A stretch of 64,000 bases of DNA from an uncultured Clostridia bacterium (GTDB lineage: Bacteria > Bacillota > Clostridia > Christensenellales > CAG-138), in contig CAMOTD010000002.1 in assembly GCA_946625575.1 (NCBI GenBank), forward strand, positions 2,507 to 66,506, in the 5' to 3' direction. How positions within the stretch are numbered: position 1 is the first letter of the stretch; every line of letters begins with the position of its first letter. Shown in pieces: positions 44,331 to 54,007 of the stretch. Position numbers and translations under genes: made by a program. The notes beneath the pieces are model-generated. The model was given only the letters and a program-made list of their open reading frames with translations. It searched no databases and had not been told where the DNA came from.

Positions 44331-45550
44331 TTGACGATATTTCCTTTCATAATAACTTTTTTAGCCTTGTTGGTGCCCATTCTGTAAACAAGGTAGTCAA
44401 GATCCTCCGCGTCCCAGATAACGAGATCCGCCTGCTTGCCGGGCTCCACGGTGCCGAGGATATCTCCCCTGCCCACCGCGCACGCGGCGTTTATGGTAAC
44501 GGCGGAGAGGACCTCCTCCGGAGTCATGCGGTACTTTAAGTAACCGAGGTTCATGCAAAGCTGCAGATCGTCCGAGGGACAGGAGCCGGGGTTGAAATCC
44601 GTGCAGATCGCCACGGGAACGCCCGCCTCGATGAACTTCCTTGCGGGAGCGAACTCCTTGTTGAGATACAGCGAGGTGCCGGGCAGGAGGCACGCGATAG
44701 TGCCGCCCTTTGCCATGGAGCTAATGCCCGCGTCGTCGACGGCGATGAGGTGCTCCGCGCTGGTCGCGCCTATCTCGCCCGCGAGGACCGATCCGCCGAT
44801 CGCGTCGATCTCGTCCGCATGGATCTTGGTCTTGAAACCGTAAACCTGCGCATAGGTGAGCATCTTCCTCGACTGTTCGACGTCGAATACGCCGGTCTCG
44901 CAGAACACGTCAACGAACTCGCAAAGCTCGTCGTCCGCGACCTTCGGGAGTATCTTCGTGCAGACGAACTCGATATAACCGTCGGGATCGCCCTTGAATT
45001 CGGGCGGTACGGCGTGCGCCGCCATGAAAGTGGGGATCACGTTGAAGCCGCCCTCTTCCTTGAGACGCCTTATCACGCGAAGCTGCTTGAGCTCATTCTC
45101 AACGTCGAGCCCGTAGCCGGATTTCGCCTCGACGGCGGTGATGCCGTGATCGAGCATTTCGTCAAGCGCCTTCTTCGCCCTGTCATAAAGCTCATCCTCG
45201 GAGGCGTTCCTCGTCGCGGTAAGGGTGTTCAGTATGCCGCCGCCAGCCTTGAGTATCTCAAGATACCCGGCGCCGCGAAGCTTCAGCGGAACCTCGTGCT
45301 GACGCCAGCCGCCAAAAATGAGATGCGTATGCGCGTCGACAAGACCGGCGGTAACGAGGGCGCCGCCCGCGTCGATGACGTTCCCGCATTCGGGAGCGGA
45401 GCCGTTCTCGTAAACAGCCTGGATGGTCTCGTCGTTAAGGAGCACGGCGCAGTCGCGCATGAGCGTGACGCCGTTATGCTGCGCCGCCCCGCGGAGGGGC
45501 TCATTCCCCTTCGCGGTAGCAAGCATGCCAATGTTCTTTATCAGCAGCAT
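44327..45550 (-). CDS. hutI: imidazolonepropionase
   Basis: 407 aa amidohydrolase; GLVDAHTHLIFGG, KIHADE, SAEHL, CTDFNPGS motifs. Confidence 0.9.
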   Translation of the reverse strand: MLLIKNIGMLATAKGNEPLRGAAQHNGVTLMRDCAVLLNDETIQAVYENGSAPECGNVIDAGGALVTAGLVDAHTHLIFGGWRQHEVPLKLRGAGYLEILKAGGGILNTLTATRNASEDELYDRAKKALDEMLDHGITAVEAKSGYGLDVENELKQLRVIRRLKEEGGFNVIPTFMAAHAVPPEFKGDPDGYIEFVCTKILPKVADDELCEFVDVFCETGVFDVEQSRKMLTYAQVYGFKTKIHADEIDAIGGSVLAGEIGATSAEHLIAVDDAGISSMAKGGTIACLLPGTSLYLNKEFAPARKFIEAGVPVAICTDFNPGSCPSDDLQLCMNLGYLKYRMTPEEVLSAVTINAACAVGRGDILGTVEPGKQADLVIWDAEDLDYLVYRMGTNKAKKVIMKGNIVK

Positions 45551-45555
45551 AGTGA

Positions 45556-46482
45556 TCAGAGCAAGTAGTTCTCAATGACCTGCTTATCGAAATCGAAGCC
45601 CTCGAGCTGGAGATAATACTCGGCGGAATCGATAAGCGCCTTCATCGGGGTAAGACCGACGATCTCGGTGCCGGTCACCCAAACGCCCCAGCGGCGCGCC
45701 TCGGCCTTGGTGACCTCTACGACGCGGTAAAGCGGAGTGCGGTTGAAGTCGGTCATGTTGATGGAGACCTGGGCGTACTTCCTTTCGGGAATGCCCTTCT
45801 CGGGATCGGCGGGGACTTCGATCAGGAAGCCGTTGGACTTTACACAGTCGAAGCCGCCGTTCTTGCGGCGGATGATCTTTGCAATGCTCTTTGCGATATC
45901 TACGTTATCGGTGGAGAGGTTGATATTGAACGCTACGAGCGGCATACGGCAGCCGACCGCCGTGCAGCCCGCGGTGGGATGGCAGAACGCGCCGCCGAAA
46001 TCGGGGGTCCACATGGGATCCTTGACCTTTTCGGGCATGGCCTCGAACTGACCCTTCCTGATGTCGGCAAGGTTTACGCGGTGAGGCGCGGAAGCGGAAT
46101 CCTCATAGAGGAACACGGGAACGCCCGCTTCTTCCCAGATGCGCTTACCGAGTATCTTGGAGTACTCGACGGTCTCCTCCTTGGTGCAGTCCTTCAGGGG
46201 GATGAGCGGACAAACGTCGACAGCGCCCATGCGGGGATGCTCGCCGGTGTGGTGATTCAGGTCGATGAGATCCTTCGCCTTTTTGGCAAGCGCGACGGCG
46301 GCGTTGATGACGCCTTCGGGATTGCCCATGAAGGTGATGACGCTGCGGTTATGGCTCGCGTCGGAGGAATAGTCGAGCAGAGTGACGCCCGCGGTATTGC
46401 GGATCTCGTCGATACAGGCCTCTATGACCTCATGATTCCTGCCCTCGGAAATATTGGGTACGCATTCAATGATCTTTGCCAT
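45556..46482 (-). CDS. ftcD: glutamate formimidoyltransferase (FTCD N-terminal domain)
   Basis: IIECVPNISEGRN...GEHPRMGAVDV pattern; 308 aa. Confidence 0.9.
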   Translation of the reverse strand: MAKIIECVPNISEGRNHEVIEACIDEIRNTAGVTLLDYSSDASHNRSVITFMGNPEGVINAAVALAKKAKDLIDLNHHTGEHPRMGAVDVCPLIPLKDCTKEETVEYSKILGKRIWEEAGVPVFLYEDSASAPHRVNLADIRKGQFEAMPEKVKDPMWTPDFGGAFCHPTAGCTAVGCRMPLVAFNINLSTDNVDIAKSIAKIIRRKNGGFDCVKSNGFLIEVPADPEKGIPERKYAQVSINMTDFNRTPLYRVVEVTKAEARRWGVWVTGTEIVGLTPMKALIDSAEYYLQLEGFDFDKQVIENYLL

Positions 46483-46511
46483 TTTTCTGTTCTCCTTATT
46501 GTTATTATTCC

Positions 46512-48527
46512 TTACATGTCCTTGGTCAGCTTCTCGATAAGCTCGTCGTTCACGAGATACGGGATCGTGATATGAGCCTCGCCCTCGTGCTTGGCGTTAT
46601 ACTCCATCGAGGTCTCGATGGAATGGGGATTCCTCGCCCAGGCGCGGCGGGCTACGCCGCCCATAACGTCCCACATCATGGCGGACTTGATGATGTTATC
46701 GATCCTTTCGGAGCCGTCGAGCACAAGCCCGAAGCCGCCGTTGATGCTCTTGCCGATGCCAACGCCGCCGCCGTTGTGGAGGGCGCAGAGGCTCATGCCG
46801 CGCGCCGCGTTGCCGGCAAAGCACTGGACCGCCATATCCGCCATAACGTTGGAGCCGTCCTTGATGTTCGCGGTCTCACGGAAGGGCGAATCGGTACCGG
46901 AAACGTCGTGATGGTCGCGTCCGATCATGACGGGGCCGATCTTGCCCTCTCTTACCATCTGGTTGAAGCGGAGCGCGATCCTCGTCCTGCCCTCGGCGTC
47001 CTGATAGAGGATCCTCGCCTGAGTGCCGACGACGAGCTTGTTCTTTTCCGCGTCGCGGATCCAGTTGTAATTGTCGCGATCCTGGAAGCGGCGGTTCGGG
47101 TCGATGCAGTCCATCGCGGCATGGTCGGTCGCGATAAGATCCGACTCCTTGCCGGAGAGGCAGACCCAGCGGAACGGACCGTAGCCGTAGTCGAAGAGCA
47201 TCGGGCCCATTATATCCTCGACGTAGGACGGGAATATGAAGCCGTCCTTCTCGTCGTGACCGTTCTTGGAGATCTCCTTGACGCCGGCGTCGTAAACAGC
47301 CTTCATGAAGGAATTGCCGTAATCGAAGAAGTATGTGCCCTTCGCCTTAAGCGCGCAGATCGCGTCGAAATGCCGCCTCAGGGACGCGTTGACCGCCTTC
47401 TTGAACTTCTCACGGTCGGTATGGAGAAGCTCCGTCCTCTGCTCGAAGGTATAGCCGACGGGGCAGTAGCCGCCGTTGTAGACGTTGTGGCAGGAGGTCT
47501 GGTCGGAGAGCAGGTCGATCTTGAAATCGCGCTTGACCGCCGCCTCCAGAAGGTCGACGATGTTGCCGTGATAGGCGATGGAGATCGTAGTCTTCGCATT
47601 CCTGTGCTCTTCCGCAAGACGGAACACCTCGTCAAGATCGTCGGAGATGAGGTTTACCCAGCCCTGATCGTAACGGGTCTTGATGCGTGAGAGGTCAACT
47701 TCGGCGAAAACACCGACGGCGTTCGCGATATTGGCGGCCTTGGGCTGTGCGCCGCTCATTCCGCCGAGACCGGAGGAAACGAATACGCGGCCTTTAAGAT
47801 CGCCGTCCTCGGGAATGCCGAGCTCCTTCCTGCCCGCGCCGAGTATGGTATTGAACGTGCCGTGTACGATGCCCTGCGGACCGATGTACATCCAGCCGCC
47901 CGCAGTCATCTGACCGTAGTTGGCGACGCCCATCTCCTCCGCCACTTCCCAATCCTCAAGATTGTCGAACATGCCGACCATCAAGGAGTTGGTGAGTATC
48001 ACGCGGGGCGCTTCGGGCTTCGAGGGGAACAGACCGACGGGATGACCGCTCTCCAGAACGAGGGTCTGATGATCGGTAAGCTCCTCGAGGTATTTCTTGA
48101 TAAGGCGGTACTGGAGCCAGTTCTGGCAGGGCTGACCGGTCTCGCCGTAGGTAACGAGTTCGTAGGGATAGAGCGCGATCTCGAAATCGAGGTTGTTGTC
48201 GATCATTACCTGGAAGGCTTTGCCCTCGATGCATTTGCCCTTGTATTCGTCGATGGGCTTGCCCCAGATGCGTCCCTCGGGACGGTAGCGGTAAGCGTAA
48301 ATGCGTCCGCGGGTCTTCAACTCCTCAAGGAATTCGGGAGCGAGCTTTTCATGAAGCTCCTCCGGAACGTAGCGCAGAGCGTTCCTTAACGCGAGCTGCG
48401 TCTGCGCCTTGGTGAGGCGGAAGCCCCTGTCGGGAGCGCGGCGTTTGCCCTCTTCAAACTTGGGATACTCGGGAAGCACCGCGTCGAGTTTGATCGTCAT
48501 AGCGCCTGAGATCTTGCTGTTTTCCAT
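46512..48527 (-). CDS. hutU: urocanate hydratase
   Basis: 671 aa long-form urocanase; GGMSGAQP NAD-binding motif and a C-terminal GGGVGIG region. Confidence 0.9.
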   Translation of the reverse strand: MENSKISGAMTIKLDAVLPEYPKFEEGKRRAPDRGFRLTKAQTQLALRNALRYVPEELHEKLAPEFLEELKTRGRIYAYRYRPEGRIWGKPIDEYKGKCIEGKAFQVMIDNNLDFEIALYPYELVTYGETGQPCQNWLQYRLIKKYLEELTDHQTLVLESGHPVGLFPSKPEAPRVILTNSLMVGMFDNLEDWEVAEEMGVANYGQMTAGGWMYIGPQGIVHGTFNTILGAGRKELGIPEDGDLKGRVFVSSGLGGMSGAQPKAANIANAVGVFAEVDLSRIKTRYDQGWVNLISDDLDEVFRLAEEHRNAKTTISIAYHGNIVDLLEAAVKRDFKIDLLSDQTSCHNVYNGGYCPVGYTFEQRTELLHTDREKFKKAVNASLRRHFDAICALKAKGTYFFDYGNSFMKAVYDAGVKEISKNGHDEKDGFIFPSYVEDIMGPMLFDYGYGPFRWVCLSGKESDLIATDHAAMDCIDPNRRFQDRDNYNWIRDAEKNKLVVGTQARILYQDAEGRTRIALRFNQMVREGKIGPVMIGRDHHDVSGTDSPFRETANIKDGSNVMADMAVQCFAGNAARGMSLCALHNGGGVGIGKSINGGFGLVLDGSERIDNIIKSAMMWDVMGGVARRAWARNPHSIETSMEYNAKHEGEAHITIPYLVNDELIEKLTKDM

Positions 48528-48586
48528 AGCTTTATTCCTTTCTGTAAATACTTACGGGGAGGCGTACTTCGCCTCCCCAATTATCA

Positions 48587-50122
48587 TCATTTGAGCGTGC
48601 CGCAGACCTTCTCGGCAGCGGGTACGACTGCGTGAGCCTTGATAAGCTCGTCGGCAGCCTTAAGGTTCGGGTACATAACGACGTCGACTTCGTTCGGCTT
48701 GACCCTGGAATCGATAAGCTCCCATACCGCCTTAGTCGCGGGAGCCATTTCGCCCTCGCCCGCCTCGCTGCGGAGCCACAGCGCCTGATGCGCGGTGACG
48801 AGCTCTATCGCGAGGACCTTCTGCGCGTTGTCGACTATCATGCGGCACTTGCGAGCGGCGGTGGTGCCCATGGATACGTGATCCTCCTGATTTGCGGAAG
48901 AGGGGATCGAATCGACGGAAGCGGGATGGGCGTAGACCTTATTCTCGGACACCATGGAAGCCGCGGAATACTGCGCGATCATGAAGCCGGAATTGACTCC
49001 GCCGTGCTTGGCGAGGAACGCGGGCAGTCCGTAGGAGAGCGCGGGATTTACCATGCGCTCCGTCCTGCGCTCGGAAACGTTCGCAAGCTCCGAAACGGCG
49101 ATGCCGAGGAAATCGAACGCGAGCGCCATGGGCTGACCGTGGAAGTTACCGCCGGAGATGACCTCGTCCTCATCCGGGAAAATGATTGGGTTGTCGGTAA
49201 CTGCGTTGATCTCGCGCGAGACCGCCTCCGCAACGTAGCGGATGGCGTCGCGGCTGGCGCCGTGGATCTGCGGGACGCACCTTATAACGTAAGCGTCCTG
49301 TACCTTGTTGGGCTGGGTGCGCTTTGCAAGACCGGAGCCCTCGAGAAGCTTAAGCAGATTCTCCGCCGTATCCTTCTGCCCCTGATGACCGCGCACGTCG
49401 TGCACCTTATGGTCGAACGCCGCCTTGATGCCGAACTGTGCCTCCGCGGTGAGCGCCGCGGCGATATCGGCAGTCTTCATAAGATCGAGCGCGTCGATAA
49501 CGCAGAGCGAACCGACCGCCGTCATTATCTGGGTGCCGTTTATGAGGGCAAGTCCCTCCTTGGCGGCCAGCTCTATCGTGGGGATGCCCGCCTTCTCCAT
49601 GGCTTCTTTGCCGCTCATGCGGACGCCGCGATACTCCGCTTCACCTTCGCCGAGCATAACGAGCACCATGTGCGAGAGGGGCGCGAGATCGCCGCTTGCA
49701 CCGAGGGAGCCCTTCTCCGGAATTATGGGATGAACGCCCGCGTTGAGCATATTGAGGAGCGTTTCTATCGTGGAAAGGCGAATGCCGCTGTGACCCCTTG
49801 AAAGGGCGTTGCAACGGAGCAGCATGGCTGCCCTGACCGCCTCGGTGGGAAGAGGCTCGCCCATGCCGCAGGAATGGGAAATGATAAGATTGCGCTGAAG
49901 CTGCGCCGTTTCATCCGCAGGGATGAATGTATCGGAGAATTTGCCGAAGCCGGTCGTGAGACCGTAGATGACCGCGCCCTCCGAAAGCTTCTTCTCAACG
50001 TAGTTCCTTGCCTTGATGACCGCCGCCCTGGCAGCCTCGGACAATTCGACCTTTTCATAGCCGCGGGCGACCGCCGCTACCTGTTCCAAAGTTAAGGATC
50101 TTCCATCGATTACAACTGACAT
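48587..50122 (-). CDS. hutH: histidine ammonia-lyase
   Basis: 511 aa; GSLGASGDLAPLSH contains the ASG triplet that forms the MIO cofactor. Confidence 0.93.
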   Translation of the reverse strand: MSVVIDGRSLTLEQVAAVARGYEKVELSEAARAAVIKARNYVEKKLSEGAVIYGLTTGFGKFSDTFIPADETAQLQRNLIISHSCGMGEPLPTEAVRAAMLLRCNALSRGHSGIRLSTIETLLNMLNAGVHPIIPEKGSLGASGDLAPLSHMVLVMLGEGEAEYRGVRMSGKEAMEKAGIPTIELAAKEGLALINGTQIMTAVGSLCVIDALDLMKTADIAAALTAEAQFGIKAAFDHKVHDVRGHQGQKDTAENLLKLLEGSGLAKRTQPNKVQDAYVIRCVPQIHGASRDAIRYVAEAVSREINAVTDNPIIFPDEDEVISGGNFHGQPMALAFDFLGIAVSELANVSERRTERMVNPALSYGLPAFLAKHGGVNSGFMIAQYSAASMVSENKVYAHPASVDSIPSSANQEDHVSMGTTAARKCRMIVDNAQKVLAIELVTAHQALWLRSEAGEGEMAPATKAVWELIDSRVKPNEVDVVMYPNLKAADELIKAHAVVPAAEKVCGTLK

Positions 50123-50168
50123 TTGATCAATTCCTTCTTCCTTGATTTATTAAAGTATTAACCAACTA

Positions 50169-50197
50169 ATTATATCGCATCGGATATAAAAGGTCAA
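50169..50197 (-). promoter_or_regulatory. sigma-A type promoter of the hut operon (TTGACC-17-TATAAT)
   Basis: Minus strand TTGACCTTTTATATCCGATGCGATATAAT, about 45 nt upstream of the hutH ATG. Confidence 0.5.
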
Positions 50198-50325
50198 GTT
50201 TGAGATAGCCTTATATTATCTTGTTCCAAAGGATATTGACATAACGACGAAGAGGCTATAAAATATATATGTATGCGACTATAAGGCGCAAAAGAAGACT
50301 GCCGCGCCGATCGGAGGTGTTACAT

Positions 50326-51015
50326 TTGACCGATTACGAAAAAAAGAACGATAACGCCGGAGTACCTTCCGTCGAAGATATTTTCAATGAAGACGACTAT
50401 ATGCTGGAGGACGATTATCTCGAGGCGTCCGCTCCCTCCGTTCATGCGGGCGAAGTAAAGGCGGCTCCCGCCCCCGCTCCCGAAGCCGCGCCTGCTCCGG
50501 CATACGTTCAGGCTCCGGCCGCTCCCGCCGTCCCGGTACAGGCTCCCGTAAAGACGGAGACTGCCATCGCACCTAAACAGCAGCAGGCTTTGCAGGGCTC
50601 CCGCAAAAAGAACAAAAAGAATCGCCGCACAAGGGACGTTTACGTTCCCGAGACCGTCGATCCCGAAAGCGTGGTCATAGTCGAGGTTCCGCAGAAGGAT
50701 AAGAAGCTCGTCAATATTTCAGAGCATTTCAGTTCCCAGAAGATCTCGCCCATTGAAAACGCGTTCTATACGATATCGCTTATCAAGCCCACCGCGATAT
50801 TCGCCGAAGCGGCTATCAACGGCGTCGCTGGGATATTCGACAAGATGATAGACAGCAGATATCAGGTCAACGTTAAATTCAAAAAGATCGAGGCGAACGT
50901 CAAGCCGACCGACACTCAGCCCGGAGTTGAGCCCAAAACCGTTACCATCGCTCCTCCCGAGTCCGGCGAAGGCATGCCCCGCATAGGATCCCCAAAGGAT
51001 CTCATACCACAATGA
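50326..51015 (+). CDS. hypothetical protein with acidic N-terminus, Ala/Pro-rich linker and basic patch
   Basis: ORF 50269..51015. TTG at 50326 follows GGAGGTG by 6 nt. Low-complexity AAPAPAPEAAPAPAYVQAPAAPAVPVQAP. No recognisable domain. Confidence 0.5.
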   Translation: MTDYEKKNDNAGVPSVEDIFNEDDYMLEDDYLEASAPSVHAGEVKAAPAPAPEAAPAPAYVQAPAAPAVPVQAPVKTETAIAPKQQQALQGSRKKNKKNRRTRDVYVPETVDPESVVIVEVPQKDKKLVNISEHFSSQKISPIENAFYTISLIKPTAIFAEAAINGVAGIFDKMIDSRYQVNVKFKKIEANVKPTDTQPGVEPKTVTIAPPESGEGMPRIGSPKDLIPQ

Positions 51016-51110
51016 TCCCGTATCCCGCCCGGTTTAACGACCGGGTCTTTTTTTATTCCGTAAGGCATATCCTTTAACCGGAATTACGCAAAAAGGAATG
51101 GCAGGGCTTT

Positions 51111-52016
51111 ATGGAATACAGAAAGAGAAGGAAAAAAAGGAACGCTCCCGCGGAAGGGAGCTTTCAGCCGCTCATCCGCGCGCTCATACTCATTATAATA
51201 TTCGGCGCCGCACTTTGGCTCATATTCGGAACAAAGGCGGGCGAACGCATAAAATCGGGCTGGGCAATGTCGCTCATCGACAGCTGCCGCGCGGGTTCAA
51301 AGCCGGCCGCTACGCCTTCACCTCTTGTCATGCCGGAAGATACCACCTCCCCCGCCCCGACCGCCGCTCCCACGGGCGAGACCTGCGAGGTAAAGCTCCC
51401 GTCCATCGAGATCCACATGGTCGAGATGGGCATTTATTCCGACAGCGCCCTCTGCTCGTCGAAGGCCGCGGAGCTTAAAAGCATGGGCGCGGCAGGTTAC
51501 GTTTTTAACGACGGAGGGAGTTTAAGGCTCATAGCCTCCGCTTATTCCGATAAGGCTTCCGCGGAAAACGTAATCGAGAGGCTCAGAACGGAAGGATACG
51601 AATGCTCGCTCCATACCGTGAGCTCAAACGGCGTCGAGCTCATCATTACCGCCCCCGATGAAAGGCTACTTCCGATTAGAACGGCGTTCGCCGCTGCCGC
51701 AGAAACGATCACGGCGCTCGATGAGCTTGCCATAGACTTCGATCTCAATTCAAGATCGACCGAATACGGTCTTAACGTGCTGAGCGAGATCAAAACGAAT
51801 CTCGCGACCGCTTCCGCCTCTATCGCTCCCCAGGCGGAGCAGAACGCTATGCTGGCGATACTGAACAGATACTATGCCGACCTGTTGATCATTTCCGCTC
51901 CCGACGAGACAGCCTCCGCGTCAAGAACGGCGTTTGCCTCTTACATAAAGGCTTTGCGGGTCGAAGCCGCGCTCCGATACGTTATGCTGCTCAGCGAAAT
52001 AGGAGGCGCCGCGTGA
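51111..52016 (+). CDS. membrane-anchored protein with a probable SPOR (peptidoglycan-binding) domain
   Basis: Basic N-terminus plus a TM helix. HMVEMGIYSDSALCSSKAAELKSMGAAGYVFNDGGSLRLIASAYSDKASAENVIERLRTEGYE resembles a SPOR repeat. The C-terminal helical part is unknown. Confidence 0.55.
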   Translation: MEYRKRRKKRNAPAEGSFQPLIRALILIIIFGAALWLIFGTKAGERIKSGWAMSLIDSCRAGSKPAATPSPLVMPEDTTSPAPTAAPTGETCEVKLPSIEIHMVEMGIYSDSALCSSKAAELKSMGAAGYVFNDGGSLRLIASAYSDKASAENVIERLRTEGYECSLHTVSSNGVELIITAPDERLLPIRTAFAAAAETITALDELAIDFDLNSRSTEYGLNVLSEIKTNLATASASIAPQAEQNAMLAILNRYYADLLIISAPDETASASRTAFASYIKALRVEAALRYVMLLSEIGGAA

Positions 52017-52296
52017 AACGCGGCGCTCCCTGCGGTTTTATTTATTACATTTGGTATTATGTTACACGTTTGGATTCGTTTTCCGTTATGTTTTGTAAAT
52101 TATTTTCTTTATGAAAAAATGATTATCTGTCATAATTGATTTATTTCCACTGGATTTTTATGCATAGGCGCATAGCATCGGAAATATGTTTTCAAGCTGT
52201 AACTATCACATTTTTAAGTAAAAAAATATCAAAATCTATTGACAAGCCCCGCATGATAATATAGAATCTATATAAAATAAAGAAAGGGGTTTTTAT

Positions 52297-52668
52297 ATGC
52301 TTATCAGGGATGTTTCTGCGGCAGAGCTTGAAGTAATGATCAAAATTTGGGAAGCTGAAAAGCCCATCACAATAAAGGATATTTGGGAAGCGATCGGCGA
52401 AAACAAGTGGACTTATCAAACCGTGCAGACTTTTGTAAACCGTCTCCATATGAAGGGATTTATCGATATGGTCGGCAAAAGGGTGCGCAGTTTCGAGTAC
52501 GTCCCCTGTGTGACGAGGGCGCAGTACCTCGCGTTGACTAAGGGACACCTCTTCAACGGAGAGCCTGGCGCATGCGTTTCCGACCTTGTGAAAGCGCTTT
52601 ACGCGAACGGCAACATGACCGATAAGGATATCGAGGAGATATCCGCCTGGATCAGCGAGATCAAATAA
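52297..52668 (+). CDS. BlaI/MecI/CopY family transcriptional repressor
   Basis: 123 aa; SAAELEVMIKIWEAEKPITIKDIWEAI...WTYQTVQTFVNRLHMKGFI winged-helix pattern. TTGACA-17-TAGAAT promoter about 50 nt upstream. Confidence 0.8.
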   Translation: MLIRDVSAAELEVMIKIWEAEKPITIKDIWEAIGENKWTYQTVQTFVNRLHMKGFIDMVGKRVRSFEYVPCVTRAQYLALTKGHLFNGEPGACVSDLVKALYANGNMTDKDIEEISAWISEIK

Positions 52669-52680
52669 TACCGAATAACA

Positions 52681-52714
52681 AAAAGGGGGTTGCGATAAGC
52701 AACCCCCTTTTTTT
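52681..52714. terminator. bidirectional terminator between blaI-like gene and hisS
   Basis: AAAAGGGGGTTGC-GATAA-GCAACCCCCTTTTTTT. Confidence 0.75.
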
Positions 52715-52720
52715 GTCTCT

Positions 52721-53980
52721 TTATTCCCTGAACCACTCGGCAAGGCGGTCAAGCTCGACCTCCGTCTCCTCGCCGTCAGCCATACATTTGACCTTAACGG
52801 CGCCGCGTTCAAGCTCCTCGTCCCCGAGTGCTACGGTGAATTTCGCGCCGAGCTTGTTCGCGTATTTGAACTGCGCCTTGAAGCTTCTTTCCATGTGATC
52901 GAACTCGGCGGAAACGCCGGCTTCCCTCAGCTTTTGAGCAAGCGCGAACGCCTTCATACGCGGGGCGTCGCCGTTGGCGGCAAAGTAGACAGTCATCTCG
53001 GGAGGCTTGGGGAATTCGACCTCGTTGGTTTCCATGACCGCAAGCAGGCGCTCCATGCCCATGCCGAAGCCCACGGCGGGGATGGACGGACCGCCGAGCT
53101 CCTCAATGAGTCCGTTGTAGCGACCGCCCGCGCAAACCGCGCCCTGCGCGCCGATGCGGTTCGAAATGACTTCGAACACGGTACCGGTGTAATAATCGAG
53201 CCCGCGGACGATATCGGGATCGATAACGTATTCTGCGCCAGCGGCGTCAAGGCAGGACTTAACGCCCTCGAAATGCTTCCTGCAGTTATCGCAAAGGAAG
53301 TCGATCGTGCGGGGCGCGTTCTTTACGATCTCCCTGCAGCGGGGCTCCTTGCAGTCGATGATCCTCATGGGGTTCTTATCGAACCTTGCGCGGCAGGTCT
53401 CGCACATCTCGTTAAGGTAGCCGCTCAGATACTCCTTCAGCGCGGCGTTGTACTCCTTACGGCATTCGGGGCAGCCGATGCTGTTTATGTGCAGCATGAG
53501 ATCCTTTACTCCGAGCTTTCCGAAGAGCGAAAGCGCAAGCAAAATGACCTCCGCGTCCGTCTCCGGCGCGTAGGAGCCGACGATCTCGATGCCGAACTGA
53601 TGATGCTCGCGAAGGCGGCCCGCCTGGGGCTTCTCGTAGCGGAAGGTCGGCGAATTGAGGTAGTAGAGCTTCTGGGGCATCGGCTCGTTGAAGAGCCTGT
53701 TCTCGAGGAACGCGCGCACCATTCCGGCGGTCCCCTCGGGCTTCAGCGTGATGGAGCGACCGCCCTTATCCTCAAAAGTGTACATTTCCTTCTGGACTAT
53801 ATCGGTGGTATCGCCAACGCCGCGAAGGAACAGCTCCGTATGCTCGATAATGGGCGTGCGAAGCTCGTTCGCGCCGTAAAGAGCGCACATTTCGCGCATT
53901 GTATTCTCGATGTAGTGCCATTTGTAGCTTTCGGAAGGGACGACGTCCTTCGTGCCCTTCGGCGCCTGAATGTTGATCAT
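52721..53980 (-). CDS. hisS: histidine--tRNA ligase
   Basis: 419 aa class IIa synthetase; APKGTKD, FRYEKPQAGRLREHHQ, GGRYNGL motifs. Confidence 0.93.
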   Translation of the reverse strand: MINIQAPKGTKDVVPSESYKWHYIENTMREMCALYGANELRTPIIEHTELFLRGVGDTTDIVQKEMYTFEDKGGRSITLKPEGTAGMVRAFLENRLFNEPMPQKLYYLNSPTFRYEKPQAGRLREHHQFGIEIVGSYAPETDAEVILLALSLFGKLGVKDLMLHINSIGCPECRKEYNAALKEYLSGYLNEMCETCRARFDKNPMRIIDCKEPRCREIVKNAPRTIDFLCDNCRKHFEGVKSCLDAAGAEYVIDPDIVRGLDYYTGTVFEVISNRIGAQGAVCAGGRYNGLIEELGGPSIPAVGFGMGMERLLAVMETNEVEFPKPPEMTVYFAANGDAPRMKAFALAQKLREAGVSAEFDHMERSFKAQFKYANKLGAKFTVALGDEELERGAVKVKCMADGEETEVELDRLAEWFRE

Positions 53981-54007
53981 AGTAACTCCTGTAAACTTAA
54001 CTGATTT

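Noticed and set aside
52192-52812. 206-aa minus-strand ORF overlapping the blaI-like gene and its promoter
   Set aside because: It spans an A+T-rich promoter, the well-supported blaI-family ORF on the other strand and a terminator. Its translation has no protein-like features.
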